A DNA stretch of 64,000 nt from Symbiobacterium thermophilum (GTDB lineage: Bacteria; Bacillota; Sulfobacillia; DYFQ01): positions 2,106 to 66,105 of the forward strand of contig DYFQ01000007.1 of the NCBI GenBank assembly GCA_020725105.1, in the 5' to 3' direction. Of this stretch, positions 36,604-46,092 are shown one piece after another. Below the pieces are notes generated by a model. The model was not told where the DNA came from, did not search any database, and saw nothing but the letters and a program-made list of their open reading frames with translations. The translations under genes and the position numbers were made by a program. Position 1 is the first letter of the stretch; each line of letters begins with the position of its first letter.

Positions 36604-36910
36604 GCGATGAGCGGGAGACCAGGCCAGGTCCGGAGCTGTAGAGAGCCGGTGGCTGGTGCGAACCGGCGCCCGGACCGACCCCGCCCCGGCGGGCGGGAAA
36701 ATACACCCGCGAGCGGCTGACCCAAAGGCCCCTTGGTTTCAGGGGGCCCGGTAGGCTCAGACGGTTCCCCACCGGTACCCGGGGCCGGGCATCGAGACGG
36801 GTCACGTCTCCGTGCCCGAGAACGAGGGGGCCCGGCCGGCGCGGCCGGGTCAACCAGGGTGGTACCGCGGAAGAGAAGGCTTTCGCCCTTGGGGCGAGGG
36901 CCTTTTTGTT
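36604..36910 (+). promoter_or_regulatory. T-box riboswitch leader, tyrosine specifier (UAC), with intrinsic terminator
   Basis: Stem I begins GCGAUGAG at 36604. Specifier loop is GGGAAAAUACA with UAC at 36702-36704 followed by the conserved A. T-box motif AGGGUGGUACCGCGG at 36856-36870 has a UGGU bulge complementary to ACCA. Terminator has a 13-bp stem at 36876-36904 plus a U-tract. Confidence 0.7.
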
Positions 36911-36930
36911 CTTGCAGGGAGGGGACGGCC

Positions 36931-38031
36931 GTGATCGTCGTCATGCAGCAGGGGGCGTCCGAGGAGCAGGTCCGCCGGGTGGCCGAGCGTCTGGAACGGG
37001 CGGGCTTCGGGATCCACATCTCCCGGGGGGTGGAGCGAACGCTCATCGGCGCCGTGGGCGACAAGCGCCTGACCGCCACCCTTGCCGTCGAGGCCATGGA
37101 GGGCGTGGACCGGGTGGTGCCCATCCTGCAGCCCTTCAAGCAGGTGAGCCGGGAGTTCAAGCCCGAGCCGAGCGTGGTGCGGGTGCGGGGCGTGCCCGTC
37201 GGCGGCGAAGAGGTGGTGGTCATTGCCGGGCCCTGCTCGGTCGAGAGCCGGGAGCAGATCCTGGCCACCGCCCGGGCGGTGAAGGCGGCCGGGGCGCGGC
37301 TGTTGCGGGGCGGCGCCTTCAAGCCGCGAACCTCGCCCTACTCCTTCCAGGGCCTTGAACTGGAGGGCCTGAAGCTTCTCGCCGAGGCCCGTGAGGAGAC
37401 CGGCCTGCCGGTGGTCACCGAGGTGACCGATCCCCGCCTCGTGGACGTGGTGGCCCGCCACGCCGACGTGTTGCAGATCGGCGCCCGGAACATGCAGAAC
37501 TACCAGTTGCTCAGGGAGGTGGGCCAGGCCTCGCGGCCGGTGCTGCTCAAGCGGGGGATGGCCTCCACGGTGGAGGAGTGGCTGATGGCGGCGGAGTACA
37601 TCGTGGCCGCCGGCAACCGGCAGCTGATCCTCTGCGAGCGCGGCATCAGGACCTTCGAGCCGGCCACCCGGTTCACCCTGGACCTGGGCGCGGTGGCGGT
37701 GGCCCGGCACCTCTCGCACCTGCCGATACTGGTTGACCCGAGCCACGCGGCGGGCAAGTGGCGGTGGGTGGGGGCGCTGGCCCGCGCGGGGCTGGCGGTG
37801 GGGGCCGACGGTCTCATCGTCGAGGTCCATCCCCGGCCCGAGGAAGCCCTCTCCGACGGCCCGCAGTCCTTGAACCTGGAGCGGTTCGGCCAGTTGATGG
37901 CGGAACTCTCAGCCCTGGCCCGGGCCATGGGCCGGACACTGGGGCCCGCGGCCGAGGCGCCCGGCGCCGGCGCCGGGGCCGCCGTGGCCCAAGGGGGGTC
38001 CCTGGGCCGGCCGGCCGCGTCCGCCGGATAA
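36931..38031 (+). CDS. aroF: 3-deoxy-7-phosphoheptulonate (DAHP) synthase, type I-beta with N-terminal ACT/ferredoxin-like regulatory domain (Thermotoga type)
   Basis: GTG start gives [10 protein letters not shown], matching the MIVVLKPG N-terminus of Thermotoga maritima DAHPS. Carries the [23 protein letters not shown] and LPILVDPSH motifs. Confidence 0.9.
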   Translation: MIVVMQQGASEEQVRRVAERLERAGFGIHISRGVERTLIGAVGDKRLTATLAVEAMEGVDRVVPILQPFKQVSREFKPEPSVVRVRGVPVGGEEVVVIAGPCSVESREQILATARAVKAAGARLLRGGAFKPRTSPYSFQGLELEGLKLLAEAREETGLPVVTEVTDPRLVDVVARHADVLQIGARNMQNYQLLREVGQASRPVLLKRGMASTVEEWLMAAEYIVAAGNRQLILCERGIRTFEPATRFTLDLGAVAVARHLSHLPILVDPSHAAGKWRWVGALARAGLAVGADGLIVEVHPRPEEALSDGPQSLNLERFGQLMAELSALARAMGRTLGPAAEAPGAGAGAAVAQGGSLGRPAASAG

Positions 38032-38051
38032 CCGTCCGGTCGAACGGTGCC

Positions 38052-39182
38052 TCAGTGACCCGCGTCCTCCGCCGTCTCCGGGTTGATCCAGGCGGGCCGG
38101 CGCAGGGGCTCGGCCAGGTTCCCGGCGGCGGTGACCAGTTCGATGGGCAAGCCGTCGCCGCGGAGTTCCACCGCCTGAACGCCCGGGAAGCCGGTGAGGG
38201 TGAACACCAGGGCGTCCACGGCCAGGTTCAGCCGGCCCGGTTCGGCCGCCAGGGCCGCCACGGCGGCCGCGTCCAGGTCCACCTGGACCACCTGGCCGAT
38301 CTGCTCCAGGCCCCGGATGGCCAGGTTGTCGGGCAGGGTGGGAGCCAGCCTGTACTCGCCGGTCTCGATGCCCACCTTCAGGAGTTCGAGCGCGGCGCCC
38401 ATGGCTTCCCTGGCGGTGCTGGCCGCCACGGTGACGCGGGCCGGCACCAGGTAGACCCGGTCGCCGGCCTGGGCCGCCAGGTAGGCCACGACGGAGCGTG
38501 GGGTTGACGTCCAGTCAGGGGCCTCGAAGGGAGGCGTGGCCGTCAGGCCGTGGAACACCGTGTCCGTGGGACGGCCTTCCACCTGGAAGGTGATGCGCTG
38601 CACGGCGGGGTGGCCGCCCAGGGTCTGGATGAGGGCGGCCAGGGCCTGGGTGGAACCGGTAGACCCCCACCCGGTGGCGGCTGCCTGGGCCTGTTCCGTG
38701 AGGTCCATGGTCAGCGTGCCCTCGGTGAGCACCAGCTTCCGATACTCCAGGGCCGGGACCGACGCGATGAGTCCCGTGTCCGGAGCGGGACCGGCCAGGA
38801 GTTCGTCCAGGGTTGCCCGGATGATGGTCGGGGTGCGGCGGATGGTCCGCGACACGGGAACCAGGAGCCGCGCCTCCGGATCGGAGAAGAAGAGGGTTAC
38901 TTTGGTGGTGCCTTCAGGGGTGCTGGAAGCGGCCGGCACGTAGCGCCAGGCGGTCAGCCGGGGGCCGGTGGCCGGGGTGTCCGTCGCCGGAACCTGGTCG
39001 GGAGGCCCGAGACCCACCCACTCCAGGAACCGGCCCAGGTTGACCCAGTCCGCGACGGTGCGGACCACGGGAGCCGCGGTCAGCCTCAGGACCAGGTTCC
39101 CGGGGTCAAGCTGGGCAACGGTGGCCCAGTAGGCCAGCACCAAGAGGACTGTGGCCAGCACCAGCGACGTCACCTGACGCAC
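38052..39182 (-). CDS. GerMN-domain protein (GerM-like, two GerMN repeats), N-terminal membrane anchor
   Basis: N-terminal hydrophobic helix, then two GerMN-like repeats. Confidence 0.65.
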   Translation of the reverse strand: MRQVTSLVLATVLLVLAYWATVAQLDPGNLVLRLTAAPVVRTVADWVNLGRFLEWVGLGPPDQVPATDTPATGPRLTAWRYVPAASSTPEGTTKVTLFFSDPEARLLVPVSRTIRRTPTIIRATLDELLAGPAPDTGLIASVPALEYRKLVLTEGTLTMDLTEQAQAAATGWGSTGSTQALAALIQTLGGHPAVQRITFQVEGRPTDTVFHGLTATPPFEAPDWTSTPRSVVAYLAAQAGDRVYLVPARVTVAASTAREAMGAALELLKVGIETGEYRLAPTLPDNLAIRGLEQIGQVVQVDLDAAAVAALAAEPGRLNLAVDALVFTLTGFPGVQAVELRGDGLPIELVTAAGNLAEPLRRPAWINPETAEDAGH

Positions 39183-39256
39183 GGCACGCCCCTCCTTCCG
39201 GACTTGGCCGGTTGGAAAACCCAGCCATCCCGGGCGTTTTCATTACATGCCGGCCT

Positions 39257-40178
39257 GGCCCGGATTATGCCCCGTCCCGCGGCCAGGCCGGGCGAAGGCG
39301 GTGGGTCGTTGGCGGACCTTTCGGTAGAGCAGGTGGCGCTGGCGGAGACGGAGGCCTTCCGCCGGCTCAACTGGCCGGCGGCGGACCGGGAGAACTTCGG
39401 CGAGAGCGACCCCGAGCAGTGGGTGGGCCGACTCCAGGCCTTCGTGGCCCGTCTGGGCGCGGAAGTGGTCGGGGTGGCCGTGGCCAAGCTGAGAGGCGGG
39501 GTTGGCCACCTGTCAGAGTTGCTGGTGGCCGCTCCCTTCCGGGGCCGGGGGGTGGGCGGGGCGCTGGTCGGGGCCTTTGAAGCGTTTTGCTGGCAAGAGG
39601 GCTGCCACAAGCTTTCCCTGCGCACGCCGCTCTCTGCCCGCACCCGGCCGCTGGAGTTTTACCTGAAACGGGGCTGGCGGGCGGAAGCGGTTCACCCCGG
39701 GGACATGCTGGGCCGGGACTGGGTGACCCTGGTCAAGGGACCTCCCGGCCACGACGTGCTGGCCCGGGTGGGTGCGTGCTGGAGGGTGGTGGAACGGGCC
39801 GCCAGAGAGGCGACGGCGGCGGGATCGGCCGGCCGGGGGTACCCCGGCCGCCGCCCGCACCCGCGTGACGTCCCGAAGGGGGAGCCGGTGCCAATGCGGG
39901 CCGGGCCCTCCCCGCTCCGGAACGTGGGCGGCGCGGTTGGTGATGACCGGCGCGCCGCCCTGGCCTTGCAGGACGGCGCGGGTCAGGTCCGAAAGGCCCG
40001 ACGGGACACCGGTCAGTCGGTTTCCACGGCGGCCGCCAGGGCTTCGGCCGGTGGCCGGACCTCCTCGATGGGCTGGAACCGCTCGGCCAGCCGCTTCATC
40101 AACTGTGGCATGGTGGTGTATTCCATCTCGTCCAGGCTCAGCCGGTGCGGTTCGAAGGGCCCCAGCCGGCGCAGGTAG
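39257..40178 (+). CDS. GNAT-family N-acetyltransferase, 3' end uncertain
   Basis: Acetyl-CoA-binding motif LVAAPFRGRGVGGALV. The frame has no stop until 40178 and would overlap the convergent fbp gene by ~165 nt. Confidence 0.5.
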
Positions 40179-41188
40179 TCCGCGATCTGGTTGGCCTGCT
40201 CCCTGGCCCGGTCAAAGGCCACGTCGGCGAAGAGGTCGCGCGGTCCCACCAGCTTGCCGTTGGCGATCTGAAAGCCGAGCGCCACCACCCGGGGCGGCCC
40301 GTCGAACCGCGAGGGGTTGCAACGGTCGTACGAGCACGGCATCAACGGGCCGCAGTGGCTTCCCCGCATCCAGCCGCCCACCAGGTGCGGAAAGGCGAAC
40401 GGCTCCAGCGCCTCGCCCACCGACGGCAGGCCGGACTGGCACCTGACGATGAGGCTCGGGTCGTCCTTACCCACGTACCGGCCGGCCACATGGGCCAGCT
40501 TCTGCGTGGTGGAACTGGCGCAGACCATGCCGTCCAGGCCCCGCGAGAAGACGTGCTTGATCACGAACCGGTGGTGCGCGCCGACGAACATGAGGATGTC
40601 GTACAGCTCCTCGGGCGCCGAGAGGAAGACCTTCCGGGTCTCCTTCAGGTCGTGGATCTCGAAGCTGAACCCGTCGTGCATGCTGGGGTCGATGACCAGG
40701 CCGGGGTTGGTGAACGGATCGGCAAACATCTTGAACAGGGGAAGGTTCCAGGCGCCCGGCTCCGTCTTGTCGGCCATGAAGACGATGATCGGCTCCGACG
40801 GACGCTCGACGAACTCCATCTCGCAGACGCCCGGGCCCATGCCCTTGACGTTGCCGGCAAACGCGTCCACCAGCAGGTCCTGGCCCGCCCCGTACAGCTT
40901 CAGCTCCTTGGCCACCTCGGTGCAGGCCTTGAAGGTGTTCCAGGCGAGACCGTGGATCTCGGGGTCGTCCACCCCCCGCCGGTGGGTCATGATCAGGTTG
41001 ATGTCGTCGCCCGCCCGGGCCACGTAGGCGTCGACCAGCAGCGGGCTTGAGGCCAGCACCTCCCGGGCCTTGTCCATCAATCGGGGATGAACGTCGCCGT
41101 GGCCGACGTAGCCGCCCACGTCGGCCTTGATCACGCTCAGGGTCAGTTTTTCCGGCACCAGCGACCCTCCCAGGCTCGGCTGCGGCAA
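40013..41188 (-). CDS. fbp: bifunctional fructose-1,6-bisphosphate aldolase/phosphatase (class V, archaeal-type)
   Basis: KLTLSVIKADVGG, INLIMTHRRGVDDPEIHGLAWNTFK and AGQDLLVDAFAGNVKGMGPG align with the Sulfolobus/Thermoproteus FBPA/P family. Start may lie a few codons further in. Confidence 0.85.
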   Translation of the reverse strand: MPQPSLGGSLVPEKLTLSVIKADVGGYVGHGDVHPRLMDKAREVLASSPLLVDAYVARAGDDINLIMTHRRGVDDPEIHGLAWNTFKACTEVAKELKLYGAGQDLLVDAFAGNVKGMGPGVCEMEFVERPSEPIIVFMADKTEPGAWNLPLFKMFADPFTNPGLVIDPSMHDGFSFEIHDLKETRKVFLSAPEELYDILMFVGAHHRFVIKHVFSRGLDGMVCASSTTQKLAHVAGRYVGKDDPSLIVRCQSGLPSVGEALEPFAFPHLVGGWMRGSHCGPLMPCSYDRCNPSRFDGPPRVVALGFQIANGKLVGPRDLFADVAFDRAREQANQIADYLRRLGPFEPHRLSLDEMEYTTMPQLMKRLAERFQPIEEVRPPAEALAAAVETD

Positions 41189-41386
41189 ACCCGCCCGGGT
41201 CTGCCGGCCTACAGACTATCATTATGTGGCGTCGAACCCGGTCGTATCGTGCACGACCAGCCGAGGCTTCTTCCCGGCGCTCGAGATGTCCTGCCGGCGG
41301 CCGCGTCGACCCCCGTCCGAGCGGTCTGCTATAATGGGTGCGCGGCCGGAGCCGACTCTGTCGAAGAAAGGGGAGTGCCAGCGGCG

Positions 41387-42892
41387 TTGGCCCGACGCAG
41401 GGTTAGCGTGGCCATCACCGACCGCGAGCGCCACGCCCTCATCTGCCTTGCCGAACTTCACCATCTGGTCAACGTCGCGGGGCCCCTCTGGCCCGGCTGG
41501 GAAATCAGGTCCACCCCGCTGGCCGTGTACACGCCGGGGGGAAACGCGTTTTTGCTTCACCACCCGCGCCCGGTGGCACCGTTCCAGGCGGTGGACGCTT
41601 CCGAGCTGGGGCTCACCAGCGCCACCACCGAGCGGATCGGCCCGCTGTACCACTCCGCCGTCGACCTTCCGTTCCTGCGGGCCGCCACGGCGCAGCCACT
41701 GAACGGCGCGCTCACCGGTCTGGTCCCCGTGTGGCTCGACGACGACGGCCCGGCCCGGTTTGAAGCTTTCATCGCGCTCCTGGCCCGGGAGGCGTTTCAG
41801 GTGTACGGGCGGCGGTGGTCGGGCGGCCGGCCCAGCCCGTTTCCGGCCGACAGGTACCCCGACCTGTCGCCGGTGAACAACGCCCTGGGTAACGTGGAAG
41901 GGCGGCTGCTGCAGGCCGCCTGGGGCGAGACCGATCCCGATGTCCTGCGGACGCTGGTCCGCCGCTTCTGCCTGGTGCGGCGGGAGCGCCGGGGTCCCCT
42001 CGACGAGGCGCTCATCGAGTACGAGCAGCATCACGAACTGCACGACGGCCTGCCCGGCTACGTGGAGTTGCTGGCGCTGGAACGCGGCAGCAGCCCGGAC
42101 TACCGGGCCAGCGCCGAATACCGCCGGCTTACCGGCAACGAGCGCTACGTGCACGGACCCCTCCTGGTGGAGCAGACCCGGGCGGAGCTGGGTCGGGTGA
42201 ACCTGCGGGGCCAGGGGGCGAACCGGGTCCGCTTCAGCTACACCGGGGCGGCCATCGCCCGCTTCCTGGACCGGATCCGGCCCGGCTGGCAGGCGCACCT
42301 GGAGTCTGCCCGTGCCAACCTGGATCGCCTCCTGGAAGAGGGCGTGCTCTACGACGGCGGCGACGGGGACGAGCGGGAGATCGTGGCCGTGCTGCGGGAG
42401 TACGGCTACGATGACCTCCTGGAGGCGGAACGGCTCTACGCCCGGCAGGAGGAAGCCAGGAAGCGCGAGTTGCTCGACTCGGTGCTGCGTGGCAGCGGCA
42501 TCCGGATCAGCATCGACGTGAGCCACCTGGTGGGCACGGAAGACTGGTGGGACCGGCGCCGCGGCACCAGCCTGTGGTGGGATCCGGCGCACGTGGAGAA
42601 GATCACCGAACACATCCGGGTCCACACCCGGATGCTCACCTTCAAGAGCCGGGGCACGATCCTCAGCTTCGAGGGGCTGCCGGTGGTGGAGGACCGGCGC
42701 AACAAGATCTTCCACTCGTGTCTGCCCGACGGCCGGCTCAACTTCGTCGGCGACAGCCAGCCGTTCTCCATCGACCGGCCGGCGGAGTTCAGCGAGGGGC
42801 TGGAGATCCGCTGCCCCGGCCTGGAGATTCAGGCGGAGGCCGGCTACCTGCAGAACGCCGACGGCGTTCTCTACATCAAGATTTTCCAGTAG
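41387..42892 (+). CDS. hypothetical cytoplasmic protein (~500 aa), no recognisable domain
   Basis: Long ORF with balanced, non-repetitive composition. The first ~95 codons of the computed ORF are antisense to fbp and were trimmed. Start TTG 41387 or GTG 41375 after AAAGGGGAG. Confidence 0.55.
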   Translation: MARRRVSVAITDRERHALICLAELHHLVNVAGPLWPGWEIRSTPLAVYTPGGNAFLLHHPRPVAPFQAVDASELGLTSATTERIGPLYHSAVDLPFLRAATAQPLNGALTGLVPVWLDDDGPARFEAFIALLAREAFQVYGRRWSGGRPSPFPADRYPDLSPVNNALGNVEGRLLQAAWGETDPDVLRTLVRRFCLVRRERRGPLDEALIEYEQHHELHDGLPGYVELLALERGSSPDYRASAEYRRLTGNERYVHGPLLVEQTRAELGRVNLRGQGANRVRFSYTGAAIARFLDRIRPGWQAHLESARANLDRLLEEGVLYDGGDGDEREIVAVLREYGYDDLLEAERLYARQEEARKRELLDSVLRGSGIRISIDVSHLVGTEDWWDRRRGTSLWWDPAHVEKITEHIRVHTRMLTFKSRGTILSFEGLPVVEDRRNKIFHSCLPDGRLNFVGDSQPFSIDRPAEFSEGLEIRCPGLEIQAEAGYLQNADGVLYIKIFQ

Positions 42893-42937
42893 ACATCCGC
42901 GCGGTGGCCGCCGCTGCCGTCGGGGCCGGCGAGCGAG

Positions 42938-43462
42938 GTGATGCGCGTGTCCCGCCGGGAGACTTCCGCCGGCGGCGTGGTGTTCCGGGTCGACGAGGGC
43001 CCCTGGTTCTTGCTGGTCCAGGATCGCTTTGGCCGCTGGACCTTGCCCAAGGGGCTGGTCGAGCCGGGTGAGACACCCGAACAGGCCGCCTTGCGGGAAA
43101 TCCGGGAAGAGACGGGGTTGCGCGGCACCAGCCGCGGTCCGGTGGGGCACGTCAAGTACACTTACCGGGACCGTCGCGGCACGGTGCACAAGACGGTCCA
43201 CTACTTTCTGGTGGAGACCGATCAGGTCGGGGCCAGACCGCAGCCCGGCGAACTGTCCGCGGTGCGCTGGCTGCGGCCGGCCGAAGCCGTCGCCCTCTGC
43301 GACTACGATTCCAACCGGTCGGTTCTCGAGCGGGCCCTCGCCGCGGTGGGGCAGGTCACCGAACGGGAAGGCGCGGGCGAGGCCCGGAATGCCGCGGCCG
43401 GCGACGCGCGGGGGGAAGGGCGGGCCGGCGCGCCGGGCGCGGGCTGGGACGCACCGCGTTGA
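42938..43462 (+). CDS. NUDIX hydrolase
   Basis: Nudix box GLVEPGETPEQAALREIREETGL. Confidence 0.75.
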   Translation: MMRVSRRETSAGGVVFRVDEGPWFLLVQDRFGRWTLPKGLVEPGETPEQAALREIREETGLRGTSRGPVGHVKYTYRDRRGTVHKTVHYFLVETDQVGARPQPGELSAVRWLRPAEAVALCDYDSNRSVLERALAAVGQVTEREGAGEARNAAAGDARGEGRAGAPGAGWDAPR

Positions 43463-43503
43463 CAATGAACCCTCGCTGGCGGTACACTGAGGGCGCCTGA
43501 CGG

Positions 43504-43582
43504 CGGGGTGTAGCGCAGCTTGGTTTAGCGCGCCACGTTCGGGACGTGGAGGTCGCCGGTTCAAATCCGGCCACCCCGACCA
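43504..43582 (+). tRNA. tRNA-Pro (anticodon CGG), CCA encoded
   Basis: Acceptor CGGGGTG/CACCCCG, D-arm GCGCAGCTTGGTTTAGCGC, anticodon arm CCACGTTCGGGACGTGG (loop UUCGGGA), T-arm CCGGTTCAAATCCGG, discriminator A, CCA. Confidence 0.85.
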
Positions 43583-43625
43583 TCCCGGGAGCGATCCCGG
43601 GATTTCCTGTTTCATGGGGCCTCGC
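43580..43625 (+). terminator. hairpin ATCCCGGGA-gcga-TCCCGGGAT plus U-rich tail after tRNA-Pro
   Basis: Perfect 9-bp inverted repeat followed by TTCCTGTTTC. Confidence 0.45.
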
Positions 43626-43910
43626 CCGACCTCCTTACCCTGCTCATGCCGGCCGCCCACCGAGCCAAGGATTGCCAGTCCAGCTAGGGAAACCTGTGGC
43701 ACATGAGCCCGTCTGAGCAGACGGCGGAAAGGTTATGTAAACATCGTGCCGGCGCAGATTTTCCGGAGGGGGCGAACACGTGGGCTCACCGGAAGGAACC
43801 GACGCCGCGGGTGGCCAAACCTGGACAGCGCAGGGCGGGGGCTGCGGGCGGAGGGCAGCCCCTCGCGCGTTCAAGGGCGGGAAGGGGCCGGCTGGAGGTT
43901 GGAGCCAGAG

Positions 43911-46082
43911 GTGAACGGGCGGGGACCGCGGCCACGACCCGGCCGGAGCCGGCGGGGGCTGGCCCTGAGGCTGGCGGCTTCGGCAGCCGTGCTGGCGCTC
44001 GTGTGGGGAGCCGCCTGGACCGGCGCGCCGGCGGTGGCGGCCGCTCCGGTGCCCCGGGCCTACGACGGCCTGCCCGACGGAGTACCCGTTCCCGTCCCGC
44101 CGGCCGCGGCGACCCTCGTGGACCTGAAGGCCGCGCTCACCGTGGGGCCGGAGGCGACCCGTGTCGAGCTGGATCTGAAACTGGCGGCCACCGGCGACGG
44201 GCCGGTGGCCATGGTTCTTCCGGCCGCCGGTGCGCAGGAGGTGGCGGTGACCTACCGCGGAGCGCCGGTGGCCGTGGCCCGGGATGAGGACCCCCGCGGG
44301 GGGTGGCGGTGGCAACTGGCCCCCGGAACGGGGGGCGCCGGCCGTCTCACCGTGAGCTACACCGTGGTCCACCAGCCGGGGGTCCCGGGCGTCGGCACCA
44401 CCGGGCTCGGGCTCGGCGGGCTGGCCGCCTGGGGCCCGTCCGCCCCGTGGCGGATCGAGGCGGTCCTGAGCGGCCTGGGGATCGAACGGCTGGCCGGCGC
44501 CAGGCCGACCGGCTGGTCCGTCACGGCCGCCGAGCCGGTCCGCCTGCTGTGGGCCGGCGCCGCTCAGGCGGCCTCCGCCCCGCCCGCCGTTCAGTTGTGG
44601 CTGGCCGAGCCGGCGGTCCAGGGGCTGGACGAGGGCGCCCGGGGCGAGCTTGAGCGCCGGCTGGACGCCGGCGGCTGGCCCGCGGCGGTTGAACACCTCA
44701 CGGCCCTGGCCGCCGGGGCGGGCACCGAAGGCGAGCGCCAGCGGCTCCTGGTGGCAGGTGGCCGCGCCCTGGCGGAGCGGGGCCTGTGGGAAGGCGTCCG
44801 GACGCTTCTGGAGCCGCTGTTGCCGGATCCGGACGTCGCCCCGACCGGGCAACCGGCGGCGCTGGAGCGTGACCCGGCGGTCTACCGGGCGGCGGCCGAC
44901 CCCGAACCGTATGCCCTGCTGGCTCGGGCAGCCTCGGGTTCCCCGCCACCCGCCGACACCGCTCTGGACCTGGCTGACCTGTACCGGCTGGCCCGGCGCC
45001 GGAGGGTATCGGTTCCCCTGGAGCGCTGGCTGGCAGCCCAGGTGCCGCCGGAAGCGGTGGCGCCGGCTGCGCCGCCCGAGGTGGCGATCGAGGTTCGCGG
45101 CCTCCGGGACGGCAGGGTGGAACTGGCCGTCAGGGTGACCGACGGCGACGGCGACGTGGAGCGGGCCGGCGCCGCCCTCCTGGCCGGCCCGGCAGGCGAG
45201 CCCTGGTTCGAATGGACGTGGGACTGGCCCGAGGGGCAAGACTACCACCTGGAGTTGACGGTCGAGGCCCCGGCTCCACCGCTGTACCAGGTGATCAAGG
45301 CAACCGCCTGGGCGGAAGACGCCCGGGGCGAGCGGAGCGTCACGGCGGGCGGGCCGCCCATCTACCTCCCGCCCGAACTGGCCTGGGTGTCCGAAGTCAG
45401 GGGGCCGCTGGTGTTTCACGCCCACGATTACGTGGGCCTCACGGCCATGGAGACGGCAGACGCCCTCGCCGGGCAGTTTCTGGGCGCCGCCGCCCGCCGG
45501 CTGGGGGCCACCCTTGCGGGTCCCGTCCACGTGGTGGTGCTTTCGGCGGGCCGGGCGCCGCCCCCGCCCCCGGAACTGCAGGCCTCGCCCACCGTCGCCT
45601 TTGTCTGGGCCGGCCGGGAGCGCGGCCGGCTGCTGGACCCCGGCGCCTTTGTGCGCGAGGTGGCCAGGCGGGTCCTGGCCACCTACGCCGGCCCCGGCTG
45701 GACCCACGCCCCCGGCTGGGTGGTTGACCGGGTTGCCGGGGCGTTGGTGGGGCCGCCGGACGGCGGAGGAGAGCCGGACGTCATGGCCAGTCTGGCCGAG
45801 ACCCGGCCGGACGCCTTCGAGCAGTTTCTGCGGTACGTTGGCGCGGGCCAGCCCGTCGAGGCGGCGCTGCGGGGAGCGTTCGGCTTCGGGGTGAGCGGCC
45901 TGGAGTCCCGCGACGTGAAGGCCCGGCAGTGGGCCGCCATCCGGCGGCCGCTCGGCGTAGCCCTGGTGGCGCTGCTGGTGGTGGCGCTTGCCGGGTCCAT
46001 CAGGGCGGTCACCCGCGCGCCCCGCGGCGGCCGGCCCGCGGCCCGGAAGCCGGAAGGGATCAGCCACCGGGGCCGGGAATAG
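43911..46082 (+). CDS. large exported protein (~720 aa) with signal peptide and C-terminal TM anchor plus basic tail
   Basis: GTG 43911 after GGAGG. Signal-like RRGLALRLAASAAVLALVWGAAWTGAPAVAAA. C-terminus RRPLGVALVALLVVALAGSIRAV then basic tail. The opposite-strand ORF 43644-46094 is rejected. Confidence 0.55.
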   Translation: MNGRGPRPRPGRSRRGLALRLAASAAVLALVWGAAWTGAPAVAAAPVPRAYDGLPDGVPVPVPPAAATLVDLKAALTVGPEATRVELDLKLAATGDGPVAMVLPAAGAQEVAVTYRGAPVAVARDEDPRGGWRWQLAPGTGGAGRLTVSYTVVHQPGVPGVGTTGLGLGGLAAWGPSAPWRIEAVLSGLGIERLAGARPTGWSVTAAEPVRLLWAGAAQAASAPPAVQLWLAEPAVQGLDEGARGELERRLDAGGWPAAVEHLTALAAGAGTEGERQRLLVAGGRALAERGLWEGVRTLLEPLLPDPDVAPTGQPAALERDPAVYRAAADPEPYALLARAASGSPPPADTALDLADLYRLARRRRVSVPLERWLAAQVPPEAVAPAAPPEVAIEVRGLRDGRVELAVRVTDGDGDVERAGAALLAGPAGEPWFEWTWDWPEGQDYHLELTVEAPAPPLYQVIKATAWAEDARGERSVTAGGPPIYLPPELAWVSEVRGPLVFHAHDYVGLTAMETADALAGQFLGAAARRLGATLAGPVHVVVLSAGRAPPPPPELQASPTVAFVWAGRERGRLLDPGAFVREVARRVLATYAGPGWTHAPGWVVDRVAGALVGPPDGGGEPDVMASLAETRPDAFEQFLRYVGAGQPVEAALRGAFGFGVSGLESRDVKARQWAAIRRPLGVALVALLVVALAGSIRAVTRAPRGGRPAARKPEGISHRGRE

Positions 46083-46092
46083 GAGGAGGAAC

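Noticed and set aside
43356-43583. 75-aa minus-strand ORF containing AGFEPATS
   Set aside because: This is the characteristic antisense translation of a tRNA gene, not a protein.
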